A stretch of DNA of 64,000 bases from Thermofilaceae archaeon (lineage in GTDB: Archaea > Thermoproteota > Thermoprotei > Thermofilales > Thermofilaceae): assembly GCA_038727095.1 (NCBI GenBank), contig JAVYWK010000005.1:19340-83339 (forward strand). The letters are read 5' to 3'. Numbering within the stretch: position 1 is the stretch's first letter; the number at the start of each line of letters is the position of its first letter. Shown one piece after another: positions 48,279-57,577 of the stretch. Under the pieces are notes generated by a model. The model was not told where the DNA came from. It did not search any database and saw only the letters and a program-made list of their open reading frames with translations. A program made the translations under genes and the position numbers.

Positions 48279-49190
48279 TCACCCGCCCCCTAGAGCCGCC
48301 CTCAACCTTTCAGCTTCCTCGACTACTTCCGCTATCTTCGATAGAAAACTGCCCGGCTCGAGCTCGGTCGGAACGTAGATCACAGGCTTCCCATACTTCT
48401 CCGCCAGTTCCAGCGCTTTAGCGCCCGCGGGAGTATCCTCAGCCCCTTTCACCACGATGACTAAAGCCGCCTCCCCCGTCGCGAGGGCTCTCTCGGCGGC
48501 CGCCAGATCCTCCGGCATAGCGGGTAGATCGTGCTCCCTGACCAGGAGGTACTTCACGCGAACCCCCATCCACTCTACGGCGTACTGCGCGAGCGGCCCT
48601 ACAGCCACCGCGGCAACGTTCAAGCGTGGGGCTTTGGAAACCAGCTCATCAAGCCTGGACAGTATGGCTGAAGCCTTCTCACTGTACACGGCCGCGCAAG
48701 TGGGCCGCAGATTGGAAAGCGTTCCTGACAGATTCCTGACAAAGGAGGCGTAGTTGCGAGGGTCGAGAAGGATGCCGTGGTAGTTCGGCTGGCCCGTCGC
48801 CGGGTTTTCGAGGATAATCAAGCCGGCCACTTCGCTCAGCTCCAGGAGCCTCGCGCTAATCTCACCCGACTTCACGAGCTCATGGATACGCAGCTCAAAC
48901 GGGGCATGGGCTGTCGATACGATCAAATCGCTACCCTTGAGTTTTTCAACATCCTGTGGTGTTAGCGAGTACTCGTGGGGGTCAATCCCAGAGGGGACCA
49001 GCGCGAGTACCTCGTCACCTTCGCACAGCAGTGCTTTGACGTCCTCAACGAGGGATGAGAAGGTCACGACGATTCTCAACCCCTCCCTCTCCTCCTCCCT
49101 CTGCATAGAGTACAGGGTAGTGTAGAGGACCCATGCGGCTACAGCAGCGGCTACGACGGCTACGGCTATTATGTACCTCCGGTCACTCAC
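48279..49190 (-). CDS. Metal ABC transporter substrate-binding protein (ZnuA/TroA family)
   Basis: N-terminal TM, GIDPHEY, NYHGILLDP. GTG 49190 chosen (track 49229). Confidence 0.9.
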   Translation of the reverse strand: MSDRRYIIAVAVVAAAVAAWVLYTTLYSMQREEEREGLRIVVTFSSLVEDVKALLCEGDEVLALVPSGIDPHEYSLTPQDVEKLKGSDLIVSTAHAPFELRIHELVKSGEISARLLELSEVAGLIILENPATGQPNYHGILLDPRNYASFVRNLSGTLSNLRPTCAAVYSEKASAILSRLDELVSKAPRLNVAAVAVGPLAQYAVEWMGVRVKYLLVREHDLPAMPEDLAAAERALATGEAALVIVVKGAEDTPAGAKALELAEKYGKPVIYVPTELEPGSFLSKIAEVVEEAERLRAALGGG

Positions 49191-49222
49191 ATCGTAATCG
49201 GTGCTATCCCAGTTATAAAGCT

Positions 49223-49326
49223 TGTGCACACTATCGCTGAATATCGCCCTATAATGTGCACAGACGAAGGAGAAAGTTTATTAGGTGTGCACGTTCAACG
49301 TTAAACTTGAGGCTGCAGTATGCACG
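49223..49326. promoter_or_regulatory. Phased TGTGCAC operator array in the divergent promoter
   Basis: TGTGCACA 49223 and 49255, TGTGCACG 49286, TATGCACG 49319; spacing 32/31/33 bp. Confidence 0.65.
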
Positions 49327-50066
49327 GGAAGCCGATGGTAGAGGTTAGAGACCTCGAGTTCGCGTACGGCGATGAAGTCGTGATCTCCAGCTCGAGCTTA
49401 AGCGTGGAGGGGCCAGGTCTCGTGACGCTGCTCGGACCCAACGGTGCGGGGAAGACAACGTTCTTCAAGCTGCTGCTCGGAATCCTTAAGCCTTTGAGGG
49501 GCAGCGTGCTACTCAACGGGGAGGACGTTACCGGTGATCCGGTCAGAGCGGGTGTGCATGCCAGCTACGTTCCCCAGCTCTCAGCGGTGAGGAGGGATCT
49601 GCCAATGACCGCCCTGGAGGCCATAGAGGCAGCTCTTACGGGCAAGCTTGACGGGCGGGAGAGGAGGGAGCGTGCACTGAAGGCTTTAAGCCTGGTGGGG
49701 GCTGAGCAGCTGGCGAAACGCAAGCTGAGCGAAATGAGTGGCGGCCAGCTGCAGAGGGTCATGATCGCCAGGGCTCTGGCTAGGGGTACGCCGATACTGC
49801 TCATGGACGAGCCCTTCTCCGGCATCGACCCAAGGGGGCGTGAAGACCTGGCCGACCTTATCTCCGATCTCGCGGGGGAAAGGCTGATCCTGCTTTCCTC
49901 ACATGACCCTATCTTCACGCTCAACAAGAGCAAGCTGGTGGTGGTCTTCAACAGGGGTGTGCGAGCGATTGGAAGCCCCGGGGACGTCTACAGGCTGGAA
50001 CTGCTCAGGGAGGCCTACGGGCCGGGGGTCCTCCTGATAGAGAAGTGCCTCCACGTGTTGAGCTAG
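49320..50066 (+). CDS. Metal ABC transporter ATPase
   Basis: GPNGAGKT, YVPQ, MSGGQLQR, DEPFSGID, SSHD. Confidence 0.94.
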   Translation: MHGKPMVEVRDLEFAYGDEVVISSSSLSVEGPGLVTLLGPNGAGKTTFFKLLLGILKPLRGSVLLNGEDVTGDPVRAGVHASYVPQLSAVRRDLPMTALEAIEAALTGKLDGRERRERALKALSLVGAEQLAKRKLSEMSGGQLQRVMIARALARGTPILLMDEPFSGIDPRGREDLADLISDLAGERLILLSSHDPIFTLNKSKLVVVFNRGVRAIGSPGDVYRLELLREAYGPGVLLIEKCLHVLS

Positions 50067-50067
50067 G

Positions 50068-50877
50068 GTGGTGTCAATGAGCCTCGACCCCCGCTGGGTC
50101 ATCGTGATGCTCGGCAGCTCAGCTGCATTCGGATCGCTCAGCCCCCTTACGTACGCGAGGAAGCTCAACTACTTCGCTGCTTCACTCCCGCACTCCGCTC
50201 TCCTATCCGTCGCGCTTGGCGTTGTAGCCTCAGCCTACCTCGGCGGGCACCCGGCGGCGTGGGCTGTTGTTATCAGCCTCCCCCTCTCCTACCTCCTTAT
50301 CCACCTGATCCACCGGGGCGTTAGCGAGGATAGCGCCACGTCGGTGTTCGTCGCGTTCACAGCGGCAGGCAGCGTCGCAGCTATATACTACGTGCTCACC
50401 AGCGTCCCCGTGAGGGTCAGCCTCTGGTCCTACATCCTCGGCGACCCGCTCTTAACCACTTGGGATGACGCGCTCTTGACGGCTGCCATCGGCGCGGCGA
50501 CTTTCATCGCGTCGAGACTCCTCTTGATGCAGGAGATGCTAATCGGGCTGGACAGTGAGTTCGCCGCAGCATCGGGCTTGAGAGTAAAGCTGCACAACTA
50601 CCTCCTCGCGACCCTGCTGACCATCACGTCGGTTAGCCTCTTAAGATCCGTCGGCTTCGTCGTGGAGCACGTGGCCCTTCTCCTACCCAGCGCGTTGGCC
50701 GCGCAGATCGCTAGAAGCGCGAGGGAGTTCTTCACTGTCAGCGTGGCTAGCTCAACGGCGGCCGGGTTGATCGGCCTCTTCCTCTCTCGGATCCTCAACG
50801 CCGCTCCAGCAGCGATGATGGGCTTCACCCTACTCGGCATGTACGCGCTATCGCTCCTCGTCAAAGGGGGGCGATGA
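50068..50877 (+). CDS. Metal ABC transporter permease (ABC-3)
   Basis: LPHSAL, YILGD, DSEFAAASG, LRSVG. Confidence 0.92.
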   Translation: MVSMSLDPRWVIVMLGSSAAFGSLSPLTYARKLNYFAASLPHSALLSVALGVVASAYLGGHPAAWAVVISLPLSYLLIHLIHRGVSEDSATSVFVAFTAAGSVAAIYYVLTSVPVRVSLWSYILGDPLLTTWDDALLTAAIGAATFIASRLLLMQEMLIGLDSEFAAASGLRVKLHNYLLATLLTITSVSLLRSVGFVVEHVALLLPSALAAQIARSAREFFTVSVASSTAAGLIGLFLSRILNAAPAAMMGFTLLGMYALSLLVKGGR

Positions 50878-51260
50878 TGAAGAAGAGGAGGTTCGGCATC
50901 TCGCTTGACGAGGATCTCTTCGAGGAGCTCGATAGAGCGGCAAGAGCGATTGGCGCGGACAGATCCCGCCTGATCTCGTTAGCGACTAGAGAGTACCTAG
51001 TGGAGAGGATCCACTTCGAGAGAGTGCACGAGTGCGAAGGAGTGCTCGTCGCCAGCTACCCGGCTGAGAGCAAGGGGGAAGTCGATAAGCTCCTAGAAAA
51101 CAGCGGCTCGCTCGTGCTTAGCCGATCTCACTTCCACTCGAGGGGCGGCTGCTGCGTCGAAGTGATCTACCTGAGAGGCTCCTCCGACTCCGTTTGGAGC
51201 CTTCACATGGCGATTGGTAGAATCTGCAGAGCCTGCCGCTACATTCCAACCTGCCTCTAA
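50874..51260 (+). CDS. NikR-like RHH metalloregulator
   Basis: RFGISLDEDL..ELD...RSRLI (RHH); C-terminal HFH.....CVEVI.LRG. Confidence 0.88.
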   Translation: MMKKRRFGISLDEDLFEELDRAARAIGADRSRLISLATREYLVERIHFERVHECEGVLVASYPAESKGEVDKLLENSGSLVLSRSHFHSRGGCCVEVIYLRGSSDSVWSLHMAIGRICRACRYIPTCL

Positions 51261-52282
51261 AGCCTCCTCCCGTGAGAGCAGTACTCCCCACTGAGGATCG
51301 CCGCTAGAAGGCCCTTGCGGCGCTTCTCGTAGACCCCTTCGAGTTCCTCCCGGTACCACGGGAACGCACGCACGGCCTCGTGGAGCTCATCGAGCGCTCT
51401 CAAGCTCCTTTCCAGGTGCTCCCCTATCCTCCCCTCCTCGAAGCCACCACCGTTGAAGAGGAGGCACTGCCGCTCGCTCCAGTCTCCCGGCTGGTCCATC
51501 CCGGGGAAGTAGTGGGGCAGCATCCTCTCCAGCGTTTCCTCCGCCACTATGCCGCCGAGCGATACGAGCTTGCCGGACTTGTAGGCGGGAATATCGGGAC
51601 CGTACAGCAACATATCGTACTTGTTCGATGCTAGAGCCGCCAAATCCTGCAGCGCGTAGAAGAAAATCCGTTCCACCCCCAACTCCTCCAGCTCGGCGCT
51701 CACCCTCCTTACACCTTCCTCCGCGAGGAAGCCGTAGACGTGAACTTCTCTAACGCGCGCCCCTTTCGCCTCGACCGCCGGGAGGAAGTACGCTAAGGCT
51801 CTTGCGAGGGACTCGCCCGTAGCCACGGTGTCGGCCACCACCAAAACCCTCTCTCGCGAAACTCCCCCCAGATCCGCGTAAACCACCTCAGCTTTCCTGC
51901 CCTCGTGGCACCCCGTCGAATACCCGGGGTAGCGGACTCTCACATAGGCCTCGGCGAGGCGAAAGCCACCCTCCTTCAACGCTTCGTGGAGTCTGTACCC
52001 CATTGACGCCCTCAAAACGTGTAGGAATGCGACTTCCCTGCTGCCAGCCGTTTTAGCGATGAGCGCTGCCGCCGCTCTAGCCGCCTGAAGCGCTTCCCTT
52101 TCCAGCCTAGTTCCGACGATTTCGGGTTCGCAGGCCATCCTCAGCCCGCTGTCGGTGTCAAGGATAATCACTGTAGCCCGCGAATCCACGTCAGCTCTGT
52201 AGGCCCTCCCCCCTTCCACACGAGCGAGAGGAGCAACCTCGGTCCTAACGCCAGCATCGAGAGCCGCTCTCTTCAAGCTCAA
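51257..52282 (-). CDS. Type I phosphoribosyltransferase-like protein (divergent UPRTase-like)
   Basis: HVLRAS, PRPP loop LVVADTVATGESL, C-terminal PGMDQPGDWSER. Confidence 0.65.
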   Translation of the reverse strand: MSLKRAALDAGVRTEVAPLARVEGGRAYRADVDSRATVIILDTDSGLRMACEPEIVGTRLEREALQAARAAAALIAKTAGSREVAFLHVLRASMGYRLHEALKEGGFRLAEAYVRVRYPGYSTGCHEGRKAEVVYADLGGVSRERVLVVADTVATGESLARALAYFLPAVEAKGARVREVHVYGFLAEEGVRRVSAELEELGVERIFFYALQDLAALASNKYDMLLYGPDIPAYKSGKLVSLGGIVAEETLERMLPHYFPGMDQPGDWSERQCLLFNGGGFEEGRIGEHLERSLRALDELHEAVRAFPWYREELEGVYEKRRKGLLAAILSGEYCSHGRRL

Positions 52283-52340
52283 GAACGCCCTAGGGGCCGG
52301 TTGGCAAACCCCTATAAACTTGGTCCCCTTCTTCGAGAGG

Positions 52341-52366
52341 GAAGGAAAAGAAAAAGAGGAAAAAGA
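52341..52366 (-). terminator. Oligo-T (pyrimidine-rich) archaeal terminator
   Basis: CTTTTTCCTCTTTTTCTTTTCCTTC on the minus strand directly after the stop at 52374. Confidence 0.6.
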
Positions 52367-52373
52367 GCGCTAT

Positions 52374-53402
52374 TTACTTTTTCTTCCGACGGAGTAAGAA
52401 TAGAGCCGCCACTACTACTGCTATGACGACTACTGCAACCGCTGCAGCAATCAGCTCCATGGGTGGGCCTGGAGGCGCGGGTGGCGCGGGCGGAGCCGGG
52501 GGCGCCGGTGGCGATAGATCGACTTCGATCAACGGTCCCCTCACCGTTCCCGTCCTAACGTCCAGAGAGTCATCCGGCATGTAGTCAGCGAAGTCACTGC
52601 CTCCTACACCCTCGCCGGGGCCGCCGGGATCATCGGGGTCGAAGGTATGAGCCCACTCGCCCCAAGCCCCTATCGGTTCGCCCGGCTTCGCGGAAGCTAC
52701 GAACACGTAGACTTTACCAAGATTCGTCCCTAGCTTATCCTCGAGGAACTTTCTGCTGATCCTCATCTCGAATGCGCTCCTCTTCAAATCGACAGCGAAA
52801 GACCCTACGTCGCCCGAAACAGAGACGCCGGACCAGTCGGGCCACTGCAGGAAGGGAGCCGCGTAGGTTCCATCAGGATAGCATGCTGCATCGAACTGGA
52901 CATTGAAGTGCCAAGCGTAGTCGCCAAAGCTGGTATCACTGGCTCCAGCGGCAGAGCTCTGCGGGGATATTACAGCGCCTGGAACCCTGAAGTAGATGTG
53001 GTAGGCGCTCACGTTGGGGTACGGGTAGGCCACGGGCCTCTCTTCGTGGTACTTCTGGCTCGGTACGCACCACCCCTCGTACAGCTCGTTGACGTCAAGG
53101 CGGATGTAGATCCAATCTTCGTCAGCGTAGAAGTAGATCGCCTTCAGATCCCTGCACTTATCGTTCGCCTCCACCTTCTCGGAGGGCTCAGCTGTTGATC
53201 CCACACCGACGATCTTCGGGTCCTTCGACCATGGTTGCGTGTCGCCCAGCTTGTCAACGTAGGCTGGCTGAATTCCTGCAGCGTCCCAATCGCTAACGTC
53301 ACCATCTATGTTGATCTCCGGTGCCGCCAGCACTGGCAGCAGAAGAGAGGCACTAAAGATTGCAAGCAGAGCGATTGCAAAATGAATGCTTCTTCCCATC
53401 AT
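52374..53402 (-). CDS. Secreted, C-terminally anchored protein with DOMON/CBM9-like domain
   Basis: Signal peptide, IDGDVSDW, DLKAIYFYAD..WIYIRLDV, (PPA)n linker, TM plus RRKKK. Confidence 0.75.
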   Translation of the reverse strand: MMGRSIHFAIALLAIFSASLLLPVLAAPEINIDGDVSDWDAAGIQPAYVDKLGDTQPWSKDPKIVGVGSTAEPSEKVEANDKCRDLKAIYFYADEDWIYIRLDVNELYEGWCVPSQKYHEERPVAYPYPNVSAYHIYFRVPGAVISPQSSAAGASDTSFGDYAWHFNVQFDAACYPDGTYAAPFLQWPDWSGVSVSGDVGSFAVDLKRSAFEMRISRKFLEDKLGTNLGKVYVFVASAKPGEPIGAWGEWAHTFDPDDPGGPGEGVGGSDFADYMPDDSLDVRTGTVRGPLIEVDLSPPAPPAPPAPPAPPGPPMELIAAAVAVVVIAVVVAALFLLRRKKK

Positions 53403-53444
53403 CGGGGCTATAGTTAAAACACTCTTAAAAATATTGCGGTGAGA

Positions 53445-54590
53445 TTAATAGTAGTTAGTGAGAAGCCAGGGGTTGCCGATCCTTACGTTCACAAGCCCCT
53501 CCTCCTTAGCGACCTTGAGAGCTCTCTCCGCGTGCGCTCTGCTGGTGGGCGGTAGATCCAGCATTCGGTGATCGGGGTGAAAGGCAAGCAAACTGTAAGG
53601 GGTGTCGGGAGAGAGGGAGGCTAGGAAGCGTGAAATCCCGCGTACTTCCTCCTCGTCGATGTAGCCGGGCACGAGGAGAGTGCTTGCTGTGAATAGCGGT
53701 ACTTCAGGCCTCTCGGCAGCCGCTTTTGCCACGGTTCGCGCGTTCTCGTACACCGAGCCCAAATCGACGCCGGTGAGGGCTTTGTAGACGCTGGGGGTCC
53801 AGGCCTTCAAATCGAACTTTACAATTCCGCCGGATTTCAGCGAAACTTCGATGACCTTCGGTAGCACCCTGGGGCTGAAGTGCCCGTTCGACTCCCAGCA
53901 GATCCTCATGACTCTGCCCCCTGCCCTCTGGCTGAGGAGGCTGGAGAAGTGGAGGGCGTGGAGAACCTGCGGCGCAGGGTCGCCGCCGAAGAAGCAGACG
54001 CATGTCACCCTCCTATCGAGCGCAGCCGCGAGCAGGGTTTCCGCGCTCACCCTCGGGCTCACGGATAGAGTGCAGCTGCGGTAGAACCAGTTCTGACAGA
54101 AGGCGCAGTTGTGATTGCAAGCCCCGTAGAAGACGGCGAGGTTCACGTAGCCTTTCTCGCAGCCCGGCTTAACGGCGTACTTCGGGTAGCCGCTGCCCGT
54201 AGCCCCCGGGCAGACCCAGAAGGCAACGCAGTTGGTGGGGTGCGGGTCGTAGTAGTACTCGAGAACCGCGGACTTCGGCTGCCCCGACATGTAAACCAGC
54301 CTGCCCCCCTCGTTCCTGACAAGCCCGCAGAACCCTACTCCACCCTCGGGGATGCCGCAGTTCAAATCGCAGATGCCGCAAGGACGCCCCTTTGCGTCGC
54401 GGGGCGGTTTAGGCGGCAAACCCAGTCCAATGCGTTCGCGCGCGTGCTTCTCCAGCGGAACCTCGACGGCCTTCGGGTCGCTCCTGAGGCACTCGAGGCA
54501 GACACCGATGGCCTCCGATATCAACCTCGACCGCCTGCCGCAGACCTCGCACTCTTTCTCGCTGTACCAGAGCTTCCGGGACAGGAACAT
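53445..54590 (-). CDS. Radical SAM protein (PFL-activase / AmmeMemoRadiSam-like)
   Basis: GACNHNCAFCQN, FFGGDP, ESNG, FDLK, AFHP; extra N-terminal Cys clusters. ATG 54590 chosen. Confidence 0.92.
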   Translation of the reverse strand: MFLSRKLWYSEKECEVCGRRSRLISEAIGVCLECLRSDPKAVEVPLEKHARERIGLGLPPKPPRDAKGRPCGICDLNCGIPEGGVGFCGLVRNEGGRLVYMSGQPKSAVLEYYYDPHPTNCVAFWVCPGATGSGYPKYAVKPGCEKGYVNLAVFYGACNHNCAFCQNWFYRSCTLSVSPRVSAETLLAAALDRRVTCVCFFGGDPAPQVLHALHFSSLLSQRAGGRVMRICWESNGHFSPRVLPKVIEVSLKSGGIVKFDLKAWTPSVYKALTGVDLGSVYENARTVAKAAAERPEVPLFTASTLLVPGYIDEEEVRGISRFLASLSPDTPYSLLAFHPDHRMLDLPPTSRAHAERALKVAKEEGLVNVRIGNPWLLTNYY

Positions 54591-54645
54591 ACCCCGAGAA
54601 AGCGGGAAGGCATTGATATTAACCCTCCGGGTTGGCTGCTGTTCC

Positions 54646-55254
54646 ATGATCGACTTGAAGCAGCTCTGGGATTCTTTTGTGATGCTATTCATCGTGCTTG
54701 ACTCCGTCGGGAACGTGCCGATCTTTTACGCGTTGACTTCAACGCTCAGCGAGGCGGAGCGGTACCGGATCTTCACGAAATCGATAGTAATCGCGTCGCT
54801 GATGCTCCTCACCTTCGCCCTAACCGGCGGCGCCATCCTTGACTACTACGGCATCAGCATGGCCGATTTCCGGATCGCTGGAGGCCTCGTCCTGCTCCTG
54901 ATCGCTCTCTTCGGCATCTTCGGGAGGATCGAGGCGGAGACCCTCAGGAGCGAGCAGGTAGCCGTCGTGCCCATGGCTACGCCGCTCCTCGCGGGCCCCG
55001 GCAGCCTGTACACGGTCATCTACCTATCGAGAGTCTACGGCACGGCACCCACGCTGGCCAGCATCGTGTTGAACACTTTGGCAGCTTACGCTATTCTACG
55101 CGCGAGCGGCTTGATACTAGAAAAAGCTGGTAAAAACACCGTTCTAGCCCTTTCCCGAATCTTTTCGCTACTTCTGGCCGTGTTGGCCGTCTCCATCATC
55201 AGGTCGGGATTCGCTGAGGCTCTCGCCGAGCTTAGCCTAAAGGATGGTCGGTAG
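54646..55254 (+). CDS. MarC family membrane protein
   Basis: LFIVLDSVGNVPIF, FRIAGG, VPMATPLLAGPG. ATG 54646. Confidence 0.93.
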   Translation: MIDLKQLWDSFVMLFIVLDSVGNVPIFYALTSTLSEAERYRIFTKSIVIASLMLLTFALTGGAILDYYGISMADFRIAGGLVLLLIALFGIFGRIEAETLRSEQVAVVPMATPLLAGPGSLYTVIYLSRVYGTAPTLASIVLNTLAAYAILRASGLILEKAGKNTVLALSRIFSLLLAVLAVSIIRSGFAEALAELSLKDGR

Positions 55255-55560
55255 GAAGAGGCCCAGGATCGCGTTAATGATGTAGATCAGCACCGCCAGC
55301 GCAGCGGCACCGAGCCAGCCCACGTTCTGGATCTTCTTGAGCGCGTACAGCCAGACCACAATCGAAATGATGGTTCCGAAGGGTATCTTGAGCATCGCGA
55401 AGACGCCGAAGATTACAGCACCGACCAGCGCGGTCAGCAGAGCTCCACCAAAGCTCTCCCGCTTCTGCCTTCCAGGGAACAATTTCAGCGCCAGCCAGAC
55501 TGCGACGCCCGATATCAGCCAGCCGATCACAAGCCCGATTATTGTTGCGAGCTCCATCAT
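55237..55560 (-). CDS. Small 4-TM membrane protein
   Basis: 107 aa hydrophobic, SFGGALLTAL, GWLGAA; TATA upstream. Confidence 0.8.
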   Translation of the reverse strand: MMELATIIGLVIGWLISGVAVWLALKLFPGRQKRESFGGALLTALVGAVIFGVFAMLKIPFGTIISIVVWLYALKKIQNVGWLGAAALAVLIYIINAILGLFLPTIL

Positions 55561-55600
55561 CGCTACTCTTTCAAAATTTCTTATTTTTAAATCCTCTAGT

Positions 55601-57505
55601 TCATGCTTTATCCAGTTTGAACGGGTTAATTTTTTCCCCGTAGCGGCTGCGGGCTTCCTTGAGCTTCAAGTACTGCTCCCTCATAAGCTCGAAAAACTGT
55701 GAGGGGGTGTCGGGGATCCGCCGGTAGATTGCCATGATCCTCTCGATCTTCGCCATGTACTGCGGAAGCCTGATGGCGAACATCTCGCTGTACAGCTCCT
55801 CGCTGAAGCTCTTCCCCAGCTCCCTGTCGAAGAGAGCGCGGAGATCCTCGTAGATCGGGATGCGGCCTGTGGGCGCCTGGAGGGCATCGATCTGAGCGTT
55901 GCAGCGCACCTCCATCCACCTCAGCCAGACCCTCTTGTCCCTCTTCTCCGCCAGGTACTGGCCGTCCCTCCCTCGGAGGAAGTAGTTGACAGCGAAAACC
56001 TTCGGCGTGGCCTTCAGCTTCGAGGCGAAGCGGAAGTGGAGCTCTAGGAAGGCTCCGGGCGATATAGAGAGGAAGTCGACGATCGCGAAGGGGTTGAACT
56101 CGAGCTCACCGGTCTTCCCTAGAACGGCGGCGGTGCGCTCCGACTCGAGCGAAGCCCCCATCGTGGCGATCCCGTGGAGCCAGTTGAAGGCTTCCTGAAC
56201 GGGCGGCCACGTATCGGGGTCCCTTCCGCCGAAGATGAAGCCCGAGACGGGCACTCCCATTGGGTCGTCGATCGCTGGGTCCAGCGTGCGGAGGTGGCGG
56301 ATGCTCACAGTGAAGCGGGCATTGGGGTGCGAAGGCGGCATCTCCCTGCCGGTCTCGTCTCGCATGCCGGGCCGCCAAAAACCAGCGTAGTTTAAACCTC
56401 TTTTCGGTTCGCAGGGTTTCCCCCGCCACCACACCTCTCCGTCATCTGTCAGGAGGACGTTAGCGAAGATTATCTCGGCGCTCGGGTCGGTGAGGATCGC
56501 GTAGATATCCGGGTCTTCCGCCGGGTTGACGTCGTCTATGATCCCAAACATCCCAACCTCAGGGTTGATGGCCCGAGCGACGCCGTCGACGTCCCTGATA
56601 ATCGCCAGGTCGTCGCCCACGACGGTGTCTGCAATCATGGCGGTCGCTGTCTTGCCGCAGCCCGCTGGGAAGGCTCCGGTGAAGTAGGTTACTCCGCCGC
56701 TGCTGTTGCGCATCCCGATTATGAACATGTGTTCCGCGAGCCACCCCTCCCTGTACCCCTTGTAGACCGCGAGCCGGAGGGCGAGCTTCTTCAGTCCAAC
56801 CGTGTTGCCCGCGTACTGGGTGTTGACGCTGTAGGTAGCGTTCCCCTCCAAGTCGATGTAGATCCTCCTGCGCTCAACGTTCCTGCTCCAACCGTTCTCA
56901 TCCCTCTCCCCGGCGGCGTGGACGAAGAGCATGTACTCTACCTCCCCTCCTCGCTCGATGAAATCCTCGTAGCAGCTGCGGTAGAGGATGTCCTCGCTGT
57001 GCACGACGTAAGCGGAGTCGGTGATCTGGACCCCGTACAGCGAGAAGGGTGAATTGCGGGGCCCGTAGAGGTAAAACGCGACGAACATCTCCCTCCCCCG
57101 CATCGCCCCCTTCACCAGCTCCGCTATTTCGCGCAGCCCCTCCTCACGTTCGAGTGAGTTGAGCAGCGGAATCCGCGCTCCACCAGTCGTCAAAATGCGA
57201 GTGTTAACCTTATCCCGGGCCAGGTCGTGCGGCCCGTCGAAGTGCACGGTGTGGATCGGTACTCTCGATGGCAACTCCTCGCGGTTCTCAAGAGCCCTCC
57301 TTCTCACGTACGCCCTGTCCTCAGGCGAGCCCGTGTGCACGAAGATTCGGCTCGGCTCAGCCAGCGCCGCTACGTACGCAACATCAGCGTGGAGCCTCGT
57401 GCAGGGTATCTTGAGGAGCCTCTCGACCTGATCCCTCGGCTCTAATCTATTGAGAAGCTCGAGAGGGTCTGTACTCAAAAACTCGCGCTCGGCGAGCGGG
57501 CTCAC
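55601..57505 (-). CDS. pckG: Phosphoenolpyruvate carboxykinase (GTP)
   Basis: YAGNTVGLKK, WLAEHM, GAFPAGCGKT, VGDD, HPNARF, FGGRD. Confidence 0.97.
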   Translation of the reverse strand: MSPLAEREFLSTDPLELLNRLEPRDQVERLLKIPCTRLHADVAYVAALAEPSRIFVHTGSPEDRAYVRRRALENREELPSRVPIHTVHFDGPHDLARDKVNTRILTTGGARIPLLNSLEREEGLREIAELVKGAMRGREMFVAFYLYGPRNSPFSLYGVQITDSAYVVHSEDILYRSCYEDFIERGGEVEYMLFVHAAGERDENGWSRNVERRRIYIDLEGNATYSVNTQYAGNTVGLKKLALRLAVYKGYREGWLAEHMFIIGMRNSSGGVTYFTGAFPAGCGKTATAMIADTVVGDDLAIIRDVDGVARAINPEVGMFGIIDDVNPAEDPDIYAILTDPSAEIIFANVLLTDDGEVWWRGKPCEPKRGLNYAGFWRPGMRDETGREMPPSHPNARFTVSIRHLRTLDPAIDDPMGVPVSGFIFGGRDPDTWPPVQEAFNWLHGIATMGASLESERTAAVLGKTGELEFNPFAIVDFLSISPGAFLELHFRFASKLKATPKVFAVNYFLRGRDGQYLAEKRDKRVWLRWMEVRCNAQIDALQAPTGRIPIYEDLRALFDRELGKSFSEELYSEMFAIRLPQYMAKIERIMAIYRRIPDTPSQFFELMREQYLKLKEARSRYGEKINPFKLDKA

Positions 57506-57577
57506 GGGCGAGTAGGCGCGCGGTTGCTAAAATGCTTTAAGCAAAACTCTCTTTATCTAAGTGGAGGAAGGGAGTGC

